This document shows positions 51,201-63,726 of a stretch of 64,000 nucleotides of DNA, piece by piece. Made by a program: the position numbers and the translations under genes. The notes below the pieces were generated by a model. It saw only the letters and a list, made by a program, of their open reading frames with translations. It was not told the origin of the DNA and did no database searches. Source of the DNA: Bugula neritina. Taxonomy: Eukaryota; Animalia; Bryozoa. The stretch lies in assembly GCA_964035545.1 (NCBI GenBank), contig OZ037773.1:5609751-5673750 (forward strand), given 5' to 3'. Numbering within the stretch: the first letter of the stretch is position 1; every line of letters starts with the position of its first letter.

Positions 51201-54200
51201 CTGGCCAATAGCAGAGAAGGAAACACAGACTATAGGAGAGTTTAGGATTACAAACATGGGGGTTGAGAAATGGCCAGATTATGCTATCACCAGACTCAAA
51301 GTCATCAAGGTAAAGCAACTTCATTCATTCGAACAGGCGACTTTGCTTTTTGCATTTTTAAGTTTAGTCTCCATATCCTGTTATATGTGGGCATGTAGAT
51401 AGTTGATTTCTATTTTTATAATTTTTAGTTTGGAACGTGAACGCTTTATTTCACAACAATTTCTCATGTGACAAGTTTCTGGCAGAACTAACAATATTTA
51501 AAATATCTTTGCCTTCTGCTGCATACCAATGATTTATTAATAATGTTATTGAATTAGTCAAACTTGAAACACCACGCCCACTTAGTATATGATGAGTCAA
51601 ATGTCGTGTTATAAGTGTTCAGTCTTAGACAATGACTGTATTACTACTCATATTGAATGAAAGTTGTCTGCTTACTCAGCCTGAGTTTTCTTTATTGTTT
51701 AAAAGTTGGGGCTTCAGAACAAGAACCCTCTTGTCTTTTTTTTACCTATTGGAACCTGGACTACTGAAACTACTGTTCTCAAGTTCTTTTTAGCAATCCT
51801 TATTTATAATAATAGTATTTGCTATTAAAGCTAAGCTATATACACATGAGTACTGATACCGGATGAAATGCATTATGATAATTCTCATTTGGGTACATCC
51901 GGTCTCCAATTTCTTGTGTTCCAATGATTTCCTTGACATAATGTGACCAGTGGCCATGTTCCTGCGTCATAGCGTTGTTGCTATTCTATGGGCATCAAAC
52001 TTCAGTTACAACAATTGGTTTATAGAAGCGTTTTGGTTGATTGGTTAATATGCCATAAAAAAACATTTGTTTTTAAGTACAAGAAAACTCGCCTAAATTA
52101 TCCCACATTAAACCACTAAAAATAAACTGCTTCACAGATGACATAAATAGTATTTTAAAAGTGAGATAAATAGAAAAGATATAGTATAGTATATTTGTAT
52201 ATAACTAACAGCGTGTAACCTATATTAAACAGAAATAAAGCAGGGATTTACACCATCTATTTTCATCCACTATCTTTATTTCTCAACTTACAATTTAAAC
52301 TTGCAATGACTAAAGTTTTAATTGCTTATTTTTATTTAAAATTTATGAAAAATTAAATATCCTTTTTGATTAGATCGCTTTGAAATTCAATCTTTATTTT
52401 TACTAAAATCCTAAGATTTGAGATTGTGAAACACATTTTAGAGCTTCTATTAATTCGTAGCATTGACTAGACGATTGCCAATTTCTGTATAGACAATACG
52501 TCATGTGATCTTTTAGTCATTCGCTGTCTTACGTTTGTTCAGGGTGCAGATGAGAAATGGCTGACACACTTCCAGTTCCTCAGCTGGCCAGATCACGATG
52601 TGCCGGACACCTCGCAGCCCTTCCTCTCCTTCTACAGGAAGTTCTCAAGACAAGTCGACGTGAACTCCGGCCCAATTCTAGTCCACTGCAGGTAATAATT
52701 ATAGCAAGTGTTGGAGTTGTCCAACTTCTAGCAGTTTCCCAATCGACCTGAAACTCTCCGTATATTTTAGCCACTAAACAATAAACAGTATCATTATTGC
52801 AGAGTTTTGACTTATTTTCACACTTAGTATAGACTTACACAGTCAAGCCATTTGTTATGGCATGTAATTTGGACTTTGCTTAATGAAATGTTTTTTCTGA
52901 AATTTATGACATTCGCAATAATAATCTATTTCTGCAATTTTTGCTCATGTTGATGAAGTTGTCTTTTCATTATACTTGGAATTATGTGCCACGTTTCTGT
53001 GATTTGTAGTGCCGGAGTTGGTAGAAGTGGAGCTATTATAGCCTTAGATTATTTGTTTGAACAAGCCCGCGCTGAATCTAGAGTAGACTTCTTCAAATGT
53101 GTAGTGAAGATGAGGGAAAGACGACCTAACATGATACAAACTCAGGTTAGAAGTCAATATTTTATTCTAAACTCAATAAACTGCGATGTAAATCGATTGA
53201 TATTTGCAATATGCAATACTAGCAAATAATAATGTACATATATCAATGATAGCTCAGCAAAACCTCTTCAACTATTTTATAACTTGTTGGTGGTTACTTT
53301 ATATAAAATGTTTTTGTTGGTAGAATCTGTTGTAGCTACAAAGCTATAGTTTTGTTGCGTGTTTGCCTGACATTTCAAAAGTCTAAACAATTCAAACATC
53401 TCTTTGGTACAATAAAAGCTCCAGCGTCAATTTAAATTCAATGTTATATCTGCAAATGGTGTTTAACCAGCTGCTATATTTTGTTGCAGTTATTTTGTAT
53501 ATTTTTTAAATTGTGTGTTTTAGGAGCAGTACTTGTTTGTTCACAATGCTCTCTACGACTTGCTGTCAACCGAAGGTTTTCTCACTCTCACAGACATGCT
53601 GTCTACCAAGAAGGATGACAAGAAGGCACTTTCCAAGGAATACGAGGTAAAGTGTTGACAACTTTGAAATATAAACAGTTCTTAATAGGGTGTAATTGTA
53701 ATTCAAGTTGTAATAATGCTTTTCTGTGGTTTGTAGTACATCGAGAATACACTGAGCAAGGTGCCGACAATCACAGACTCTGGCCAGTTACCAGAGAATC
53801 TTCCCCTAAACAGATACAAGCATATCTTACCAGGTGAATATAACTCCTGTATAGCATCTTATCAGGTGAATATAACTCCTGTATAGAATCTTACCAGGTG
53901 AATATAACTCCTGTATAGAATCTTACTAGGTGAATATAACTCCTGTATAGAACTAACAGTATGCCTAAACTCTAACAAGCCAATAGAATACTTCTGTAAG
54001 TAAACAATCAGTCATCATGTCATCTTTCTAAAGTGTAAGGGTTGCATAAACATATTTTGTAGATGATAAATTCAGAATTTACTTGTCCGGGAGGGACAAC
54101 CAGACGTACATCAATGCAATCAGAGTTAATGTAAGTATTTCATAGTCTAAAGTTCTGGTCTATGTTTATCTCAGTTTTACATATACTATACTTAGACTTA

Positions 54201-56911
54201 ACTTACACTTTACATGCAATATACATATGCAGTATTTGTTACTTACATTTCACTTACTTTCTAGTCACAATTTACATGCGCTATGTGACTATACTTACCC
54301 TTAACTTACACTTAACATACACTTAGCATATAATTTACATATACTATACTTACACTTAACGTACACTCTACTTACACTTCACTATTGTCACAGGGTTACC
54401 ACAAGGTGGACCAGTTCTATGCCACTCAGATTCCCCTGGAACCGACTATCAAAGATCTCTGGCAGCTTGTTCATGAAAGGTCGTGCAAGGTCATCGTGCA
54501 GCTGGGTGATTCTCCTGATTCGGTAAGTGCATGTTAAACATTGCTATCTGTATTAACTGCCAGGTGTATGCAGGTGCTGACAGGTGTATGCAAGTGCTGC
54601 CAGGTGTATGCAGGTGCTGCCAGGTGTGTGCAGACACATCTAATAGCTTCTGCAGCGACCTGCATATTCTACAAAGGTCGTCTACTCATGTAGTGGCATA
54701 ATTATTTTTAAGCGTTAGGCTTATATTAACATGCTGGTACTGTATTAGCTACTGGCATAACTCTGTTTATTAATAATTGACACCAATGTGCAATATTGTA
54801 CCATGTGTATGTCACATTATCATTTCCATATCGAAATCTTCGAACTATTCATAGTCAGCCATTACTTTTCCTGGTGCCGGAAATAATCTGATAGCATATG
54901 TGTGTTACAGACTGAGTATTATCCGACCAGTGTTGGTACAGGATATTCATATGGTAGTGGAGTTCACACTGTAACCACTAAATCCTACACGGAACGGGGC
55001 TCTCTTCAACTCTTCCAACTTGAACACGCTCTCGAGAAAAGAAACTTACTAAAAGAGCCGAGAATTTATTCAGTAAGTCTTTGGGATATGTTGTGACTCA
55101 ATTTATTTTTAGTAAGACTTCTTGGTCAATTCAATATTATACTTGACATTCTATAGCTATGTTATTCTAATAGCTTTTGTATATCTGATAGCATCTACTG
55201 TACACATATATGTAATTATGATAACATTATAAACCTGTCAGGTGTTATGAGCTTTTACATTGGCTTTAGTTGGAAGAAAAATTGAACTTTAGCTTTCAAA
55301 TTGCAGTTTATTGAAATTGTGCTCTCTTGATACTGGAAGTCGGTTATTATTTATAATTCAACTCTTCCAGTGACAATAGTTGCTGCACTTCGCAGTGGTT
55401 TTGCATTAAATCAGTCTTATTTCTGGTCACATGTGATTGTTAGTGTTTTAATTTCTCAGGTTTTTACCAGCAGAGTTTTAAGATTGTATTATGTAATTAC
55501 TGCGCACAGTGTAATACCATCGTATTGTTAACATAATTGTAAAGGCGTGGTATATATAAATGAATAATTTTATTAGGGAACAAAAAATAATGATAAAAAA
55601 TTCCATCAATAAAATCTAGAGACTTTAGAGTATTCTTACATCTAAAACAAAAAAAGGTGAAAATTACCCAAAAATTTAAATTTAAATAAATAATTTTAGG
55701 AAACAAGCGAGATAACTCTAATCAAATTACCTCAGAATCTCTGCTACAAAACAAACATCCAACCTATGCACATGATCTCTGTGGTCGAACAGCTGGTTCG
55801 GCTCATTGAAAAGATGGGAGACATCAGTGTTCTAGTAGTTAGCAGGTGAGCACACAACTCTCAGGTACATGTCTAAATCTCCTGGCATATTCTTGTTGAT
55901 AGACTACTATATTCTGGACTTCATAGTTTACTGCAGTTTTCTTATATACTGTGTTTCACTATGCGAAGGGATGCTCAAACAGATGAACTTTTGGTTGAAG
56001 TTTACATGAACTTATGGTTGTGACTTCATTAGGTGCAACTGTTTCCAAACATAGGATGAAAAATTCATTAGCATAATGCTAAGCTTGGAATACTAGTGAT
56101 ATACATGGTAGTAGAGAAAGTGCCTGCAGAATACACCTTGGATTCAATATACATTCTAAAACAAGTGTCTATAAAATACACCTCAGTTAATATGCAGGAA
56201 CTCGGAGACTATATGCTTGTTAGTAGAGAAAATGCTGCAGAATACACTTGATAGTGTCACGTATCGTGTCATGTGATGTAATGTCATGTTTTGTAGCGAT
56301 GGAGCTGGCCTGTGTGGAACTTTCATCTGCGCCTTCAACTGTTTGGAGAGTATTCGTATCACACAGGAAGTTGAAGTTTATAGTCAGGTTCTTATGGCTA
56401 AGTACAGGAGAAGACAATTCATCAGTACTTTTGTAAGTAATAAAACTGGATATAGTGGGATATAGTATGGACTGAATAATGTATTGTAAGTGGGTGTTGG
56501 TGAAACTAACACATTTGCATGCAATTATTTCTTATGAAGTGACTTCATATTATCTATACTGTAACATATATTGCATTTAAATAATGTTATTACATAATGG
56601 CATAATATATATTATATTAAAATATTATATAAATGTGATTAAAGTATTTTCCCATCACTCCAAATTATCTATACTGTAACATATATTGTATTTAAATAGC
56701 ATTATTACATAAACAAGTCTGATGAAAGTATTGTGGAGTTGTGCTCGCTTCAAATAGTGACTGGTAACTGAGTAGTACTCATAGTATAGCTCAGCTGATA
56801 GTTGCAGTCATTACATTGATTTCATTACAGGAGGAGTACAGCCATATATATCACATCTTGAGTGCGTATGCTGATCAGTTCTCTCAGTATCAAAATGTCT
56901 CCTGCATGTAA
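25657..56911 (+). CDS. Receptor-type protein tyrosine phosphatase (F-type lectin, FN3 repeats, TM, PTP D1, PTP D2). Exons: 25657-25729, 31107-31358, 31984-32220, 33036-33141, 34156-34364, 34719-34813, 35345-35570, 35940-36052, 36992-37172, 38444-38549, 39037-39218, 39677-39786, 42877-42931, 43908-44064, 45411-45574, 46215-46381, 47262-47349, 48907-48980, 49518-49554, 50713-50810, 51184-51309, 52543-52691, 53010-53145, 53524-53646, 53737-53833, 54063-54130, 54394-54522, 54911-55072, 55700-55845, 56297-56432, 56831-56911
   Basis: Phase-consistent joins. PTP motifs: [75 protein letters not shown]3 motifs: [49 protein letters not shown]: [24 protein letters not shown]. The first (signal peptide) exon [24 protein letters not shown]|GLTA is less certain than the rest. 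Confidence 0.9.
28453..28575. mobile_element. Short palindromic MITE family copy
   Basis: gaagcagcac..ggagtgactgagtatagt ... actgcactcagtcacctcc..ggtgctgcttc. Confidence 0.7.
30072..30232. repeat. (AT)n microsatellites
   Basis: Two long AT runs. Confidence 0.95.
31107..32220 (+). CDS. F-type lectin (fucolectin / F5-8 type C fold) domain of the RPTP, encoded by two exons
   Basis: [23 protein letters not shown]....[19 protein letters not shown]...ARHVAV....[10 protein letters not shown] matches the FTLD pattern NxAxxKxAxQSS..AVDG..HT..WWxVDL..NR..RL..RxVxV..LxEVxV. Confidence 0.8.
32560..32835. repeat. 21-bp minisatellite (gtgctgcatctatatactcac)
   Basis: About 13 near-perfect copies. Confidence 0.95.
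33427..33514. repeat. 22-bp tandem repeat x4 (ttacctatatagctagcatttc)
   Basis: Direct copies. Confidence 0.9.
33981..34122. mobile_element. Short palindromic MITE family copy
   Basis: aagcagcgccgaattgaaggtgactgagtgcag ... ctgcacttggtcacctccaacttcgggttgctt. Confidence 0.65.
37827..38256. mobile_element. MITE with ~65-bp imperfect TIRs (AGACCCTTT...AAAGGGTCT) and an AT target duplication; related to the 39924-42784 element
   Basis: Inverted termini. The internal motifs taaccaaaaccacaaa..tgcttt and ttttttgaaa..gct.atatgtgt.ctta are shared with the large element's arms. Confidence 0.75.
39924..42784. mobile_element. Non-autonomous ISL2EU/PIF-Harbinger-like DNA transposon with ~890-bp near-identical terminal inverted arms, in an RPTP intron
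   Basis: 39924-~40815 is the reverse complement of ~41890-42784. Termini AGAGGGG...CCCCTCT are flanked by an AT duplication (caAT|...|ATtg). The spacer contains transposase HTH remnants. Confidence 0.88.
40981..41839 (+). pseudogene. Truncated, intron-split transposase HTH (HTH_Tnp_4-like) fragment
   Basis: 40981-41066 reads [33 protein letters not shown] intron at 41067-41709 joins it to 41710-41839, [30 protein letters not shown]...IPPQ*. This matches the LxKLRL...DLAxRFGxSxxxVSxIF signature. No DDE domain was found. Confidence 0.7.
47877..48050 (+). mobile_element. tRNA-derived SINE
   Basis: Pol III A box TGGTTTAGGGG and B box GGTTCGAACC (47931-47940), followed by a non-tRNA body (ggccattggtgatgttaggaagagcatccag). 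It has no intact acceptor stem; the 3' end is approximate. Confidence 0.65.
53824..53951. repeat. 32-bp tandem repeat x4 spanning an RPTP splice donor
   Basis: Unit atcttaccag|gtgaatataactcctgtatagc/a; the first copy contains the real exon end at 53833. Confidence 0.92.
54558..54632. repeat. 20-bp tandem repeat (gccaggtgtatgcaggtgct)
   Basis: About 3.5 copies. Confidence 0.85.
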
Positions 56912-59900
56912 AACTCTCTTGAGGTCAAAGGTCAAGGTCGTATAGTGATAATTCAAGAAGGAAGAGGCTACAATATCTTGTCACATAACAAAACTTGTGT
57001 ATATTTTTTTTCTTTATACATGATTTAAAGTAATCGAATTTATGATTATTTCTATCAATTATTTAACGCAACTCACTCTAACATAATTAGAAATAGAAGT
57101 TGTTCTAGTTTAATATATATGAGTAATAATTGTATTACATCACGTTTTAGCTATCTTTAAAAGTTTACTAGTCATAAAGCATATGAATTGTGCAATACAT
57201 ATATGCGTGCAGTTTACTTGTATATATAGAATGCATCTAGTCATTCATATTATCCATTTTATATTTGGTTTTCTTATCCTCTAAACTACTATATAATTAT
57301 TAGTAAAAAGTTCCTATTTTATCAACAATTTTATAGCGCATTCAGCTGCCGGGAAATGCGATTTATCTTTGACATCACTTGTGTCTAAAATTTTCAACAT
57401 TTTCTTTTCCCAACTTGTTTTCTGATCACAAATTTGCTCTTGAGATGTGTTTTTTCACGAATATTGTTACGGTGTTTTTGATATTTCTAGCTATGCTCAT
57501 TTCTTGTCGAATGAAAGTTGTACTTTAAATCGTAGAGATTTATATATTTTTGTATTCAACTTTATATGTAATTTGTATAAATATAGTAAAGCATTTGTAT
57601 AATGTATGCTTTAATGTACTCATTTGTGTTGGATTGTTAGACAGGAAGTAATGTTTTATTTGACTCACTATGGTGATCACATGTCAACATAACTTAATAC
57701 AACAATGAAATGATAATATAACTCCTTAGTATAATAACATGGTATGATTATAATAATTAAGTAAGGCAACTATAGACAGATCTGTAATTGAACGGTCTGT
57801 TGTGTGAGCAGAAGCATAAAAATAATATTTATTTGGTGGAACTTTTGTTCTAATCAATAAGAGACAATATCTAAACTTGTTTTAATTCAACCAAAAAAGT
57901 TTTAAAATAGTGTGTTTAATAATTGTATACCATGCATTGACGGAAATGTACAATTTTGCTGTCTTTCAAATGGGCAAGCATAACAGCTTCTCTCATTTTT
58001 GTTTTAAAGAGTAGAGCATAAAACAGTAATGGTTAAACAAGATACAAATGTGGAAATTTTGATACAGATGTAAAAGATGAATTTTGTGCTGTCAACTATA
58101 AAGTGCCAAACTGTGTCAGGGGAAGATGACCCTGGATATCTGTTTCCTAATTTTTCTTTTGTTTTTAATTGTCATAGTGTTTAGCTTTATTCCCCCCCCC
58201 CCCCCCCATTGATGGCTATACATAAAAGCTACCATTTTACAGGGGTAGCCATAGGTTAGAGAAAGCCAGCTTTACATTGGTTAGTTTGACTGAAATAAAG
58301 TTATGTCTTAATAATTTGAAAGTACAAGTAAGATTTTATCTTAACTTTAATGTCATTGTTAAATACATTTTTGTCAGTTTTAATTATAATTTGTTTGATT
58401 TTCCTCCACTGCTATTGTTTATTTATTTCAATGTTTATGTTTTGTACCTGCTGAGCATTAATGCGCTCCATTTTAGAATAAGAAATACAGTCAATGAATG
58501 AACTTCTTGTCTGTTTGTTGCTATAGAAAATATGAAGCATTCCTGGTACACAGGCTATAGACCAAATTCTATTAAAGGGATTTGTGATGTCAAGGAGGAT
58601 TTCAAGATGCTTTGGTACTACTTTGAAAACCTAAGACAAATTTCAGAGTTCACCATGAGAAATTCTCAGTATAGTTCTGAACAAGTAACAACTACTTTTA
58701 TTTCAGTTCAAATTTTTCTGTCATGCAAGATGACAATTATTTCATCTATTAGATGGAGAGAATAGTTTCCATCAATGAGTTAAAGCTATATTTCAATTTT
58801 TTCCATGTTACTCAGTTTAAATGAAACTCAGTCTACATATTTGTAAGAATTGTGCTGGCTAATCGATTTCAACCTTCAAGACTAACCAATTTCAATCTTT
58901 AAGATTGGCCACTTGCGATCTTTAAAATGTGAGTAATTCTAAAATATGCATTGATGGCTCCGGAAATTCACAACAATAATACAATGATCTCTAAAAGAAC
59001 CATAAATACCTGGTAATCATCTTTTTATTTTATAATAACTACCAGTATATATGTGTATATGCTGCCTTGCATATTGCTTATAACTTAATGTAGTTTCCAT
59101 TGTGTTAGTGCACCTTGTATTATATCTATTCTATATCATTATCTACATGATGGGCAGTCGTCCCCTCTCTGCCCTTGTTGACACTATATAGATGCATAGC
59201 TTCTAATTAATAATCAAGTGAATAATCTAGTAAATTATATGTATATACATGCTTATTGTTATAAAAATGCACGTGCATATCTGAAATTTTGCACCCAATT
59301 AACAACACTGCAAATAGATTAGTTAAAATAACATCAACTTTTTCATAATTTTATTTCTAATGCCTCTAATCTTCTTTTCTAATATTACTTGCATATATTA
59401 ATTGCATTTTATAGTTAACTATACAAACTAGATAAATTTAGCATATTAAGCTACTTAATTTGTTATTTTAACAACTTTTTAGCCACCATATTATATTCTA
59501 GTGCTATCAGGTATCTTTCCACATAGGTCTAAACTTATGTACAAACAACTATTTCTTGATTTCAAATTTATATAGATACTTGTCTATACACGACTTAGAC
59601 TAGGTGCCACACAGTTTAGGAGTTACATCTTTAGTCATTATTCTCATTTAGAGTGATGATTATTTCTTTTTCTCAATAGAATTCGAATTTTGGACAGTTT
59701 ATTGTGTTGAATGCTTGGGAGAAGATGAATATACGCTAGCTCCTTATGACAGAATAAGCTAAAATTAGACCTATATTTTAGTTCAGTTGTTTTCTACTGT
59801 AACTTTATTGCTCAGGTCTAAAGTGAAATATATATTTTACACAACATTGAACCTTATTTGGGCACACCAAAAGCTATAAGTTTTTTCTCAATTTAGAATA

Positions 59901-61210
59901 ATCTTACATTGATATGAGTATTCTATGCAATATTCATTTCAACAGTCAGTTTTATCTGTGTTTATCTACTACTAAACCAAGTATGTTTGAAATTCGAAGG
60001 CTACAACCTGTCTCCAAATTTTACAAAGAGAGTGTAGTAACTTGTATAACAAAGTATGTGTTGAAACAACAAACTTTCTTTGATCTAATGTTTTTAATCC
60101 TCAATGAGAGCAAACAGGCCTGTTGTAAAGATTTGAGTTGAATTAATGAGGGTGTTGAAAAGTTTCAAAAAATGTTTTGCTTTAATTGTTATTGTGAATG
60201 GGTTGAGATTAGTCAGTGTGCTTTGTTAGTTTTGTGTCAGTGAGCATTATGGCATTGAGTACAGATTTCAGTGTGATTGTCAGAGTAGAGTGTAGAGTAC
60301 CTCTCTGGCAGCCGACTAAACCTATATTGGCAGCATCTTGTAGGAAAATGAACTAAGGTAACTTTCCATGATAATTTGCATAATTCTTTAGTGCTTACAA
60401 TCATAGGTATAATATACAAGATACTGATTTAGGAGCAGTAGAGGAGAAATTGTGATAGCCTAAGTTCTTTAATTATTTTATTAAATTTCAATTTGGGATT
60501 AGGGTTGAAGTTCTCTCAAGAATATAACTTCTTATGCTACATTTTTAATCTAGAACACAGCTTTTCTCAATTTCTCCATTACTGCACCTACCGCATAAGA
60601 CTTACTACTCAAATAGCCTGAGATTATGCAACTTGTATGTAATAAAACTAATTGTATTACCCAATAGTGTACCTTTGAGTAAAAAACACCCCTTGTGATT
60701 TGAATTCAATAATCTGCATAACTAATTACTTTATAATTTAGAAAATGAATAACACTGCGTCCAGTTTTAGGGCATTAATAAACTGTATGATTTTAAGTAA
60801 TTTAAATAAAACCGGCCATACTCTTCAGTTGGCATTCTCTTACAAAAGGCGCACATTGTTGTATGTATATACCAACATATATACCTGCAATGTACCTACA
60901 AAATATTATCTACAATATATTACCTACAAAATATTACCTACAATATATTACCTACAATGCACTCCCACATATTACATGTTTATTCTCTAGACAGTTAATT
61001 TTTTGCATTTCCTATTACTATAACATAGTAATCATATTATAACCATATCTTACTAGGATTAAATATATAACTAAATATTTACCAGAAATACAGTATATGG
61101 TGTAAAATATCTATGGTTAATTTAAATGCATACATAAAAAGTTGCTATTTCTGCAATTAATAGTTTAATTTGGAAATATTTCAGCCGAAATAAACACAGC
61201 TGAAACTACG

Positions 61211-63726
61211 ATGTCTAGCACATCTCACAAGATCAGCAGACTCCCGGTTGGAGAAGTGAAGCCATTGAAGAAGTCGAACTCTCTCACCGCTCTCATCCTA
61301 TCACCTGACTCCCAGAATGAGGCTTCAGCAGACAAACAGGAAACAGAAGAGTCTCGTAGCCATAGCAACATTCTTTTTACATCCTCTGCCAGTATGGATG
61401 AATTAGCAACTATTGGCAATCACAATATGGAAAGGAAGACTGATAAAACCACAGATAACGGAGCTACAGTAAAAGCTAGGTTAACTGTAAGTCTTATGTT
61501 TAAATAATAAAACAAAAAAATTCTAAAATATCTTAATATAACTTGAGTTTCATGGTTGTTGAGACTTGAATAATTCAAGTAATACTTATATTAGAGCCTG
61601 GGATCTTGAAAATTGTTATATTGAGAGCCTGGTTTTTTGAAAATTATTGTGTTATTTATTAGCACTTCCACATTATGTATGTAAACTATTCTTAAACAGC
61701 TAGTAGCATAAATGTAATGCTGGAATGAAATCTTCTACACAGACTCTTCCCAGAGCCAATAACACTTCTCACCTACCCGAGACACATTCACGGATTCCAA
61801 GGGTTAGACAACTACGAAGAACTTTTGTTCCGATTGATAAACCTCTTTCCAAAAGACCATCTTCTGACGGCAAGAAGAGAACCGGTACGCCACTGCAAGA
61901 GCTAGACAGGAAATGGGCCCTGGAGCAATGTGAGGTGTGTGAAGAAACATAGAAAACAGTGCATAATATTTATAATCATATCCTACATATCTGTCTTTGT
62001 AAATGCCACAAACTAATAGAATTGTCTCCCCAGGAGCTGACCACATGGACTAATGATTTACTAAAGGCTAGAGGACACAAATTGAGCCAAGATCTGCGAA
62101 AGTCAATTAGTGATGGAGTTACCCTCCCTCTGATTCTAGATGTGGCGTGTAAGTAAATCAAGAGAGTGGTATGTGTAAGTAAACTAATAGTGTGTTAGGT
62201 GTAAGTAAACTAATAGTGGTATGTGTAACCAAACTAAGAGTAGTACGATGAAAGTACAGCCTTAATTTTTTTGAAGCCAAATAATTTTTTGCTCAATTGC
62301 TAAAAACTGTTGGTCATTTTATAATTTTAAGACTGTTTTTTATCTGTTTATTACTAAGTTTAGCTGAAAATCATTATAAATAGTCTGCAAAGTGACTCAA
62401 AGTATTGCAGTTGTACAAGGAGAATGAAAATTCTGTGCTGCCTTCAATACTGCTAGCAGTGATCTAACTGCTGACCACACATTAGCTATTTGCTTGGGCT
62501 CTTATTTTTAACTTCAAAAAGCAAACAGCAAACATTTTCTTTGAGTAACAGTACCTGAAACCTATCATAGCACTAGAATCTCACAGCACTAAAATCTCAC
62601 AGCACTAAAATCTCATAATACTAGAATTTTATTGTGCTAGAACAGGGCAGTCCAAAAAGTGGCCCCAGAGCCAAATGTGGCCTCCAGCCTACATTTATGT
62701 GGCCCTCAAATGCATAGCAATTTAAATGATTTTTTAGCACACATATGAGTTATAATGAAGAACCACCTTTTAAATGTCTTATTTATATACCTGCTACAAA
62801 GCATGGAGTCTGCAGTAACTATATTAGGCTTAATTGTGCAATTATTATTACTAATGCTGTGTCCCCCAGCTGAACTTAAATTTTACAATGTGACCCTTGC
62901 CACCTAGACATTCCCTTTCAGTGGCCCTGTGCTAGAATATCATAGTGCTAGAATATTCAACGCTAGCTTTTTTATAATACTTACTATATAAATTATAAAT
63001 CAACATGATCTGCTATGTAAGGATTCTATTGAACGAGAAACAATGAAATAAACATGAGATTTGAGTCAATTTGAATTGTTTGACCAATAAAATCCCACTT
63101 TGTTCCGATTCTGCAGTCAAAGCCATATATTGATTAAAGTCCTAGCTTTCAAGCCACTAACACAATGTACCAACTCAGTAGGAAAGATTTTGCTCATTTG
63201 GGATTTCCATAAACAAAGAATTAGTTGCGAATTAATTTCAACTTCAATAATAAACAGCATATAGAAAACAAATCTAGCGAGATTTGCACAACTGCTTCTC
63301 ATAACACCTTGTAAAGTCAGCCTATGAGTCAGCAAGAATTCTCTCTCTTTTTCTCTCTCTCTCTCTCTCTAGCCGTGATTACATGTTAGGACAGTTGTAT
63401 TCAAGGTTAGATTATAAGCATTTGCTTCTTAATTTAAATAAAGTTATAAAAATCTACAGCAAGTATAGGTTGGCTCTTTACTTTAAACTACTTCATGCAA
63501 ATTTTTCACAACTTCTTTGTTTTGTTATATATAGGGTATTATATCGATAAATATAATTAAAAATAATTGTTTATGAAAAGTCTTCAATGCTGTTATAATT
63601 CTATAGTTGGACATCAACTCAAACCAACAAAGAAGCTGCTAAGTGACAGTGACAGATTGCAGGTGCTTGCAGGTTGTTTGAAGTATTTGACATCACGCCA
63701 ACTCTGCATAGACATAACACCAGAAG
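61211..63726 (+). CDS. 5' part of a calponin-homology domain protein, neuron navigator/UNC-53- or DIXDC1-like; continues past the window. Exons: 61211-61486, 61743-61934, 62034-62148, 63607-63726
   Basis: ELTTWTNDLLKARGHKLSQDLRKSISDGVTLPLILDVA|FGHQLKP...RLQVLAGCLKYLTSRQLCIDITPE matches a CH fold with navigator-like intron positions. SRLP and SRIP (SxIP-type) motifs lie in the basic N-terminus. Confidence 0.7.
62643..62929. mobile_element. hAT (Charlie/Buster-type) MITE
   Basis: Termini CAGGGC...GCCCTG with a perfect 8-bp TSD TGCTAGAA (62635-62642 and 62930-62937) that has a central TA. Confidence 0.8.

Noticed and set aside
2581-56911. Functional clustering of ADAM10 with a furin-cleaved RPTP (ADAM10 sheds R2B RPTPs in mammals)
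   Set aside because: Adjacency in an animal genome is not evidence of function without conserved synteny, and an unrelated gene lies between them.
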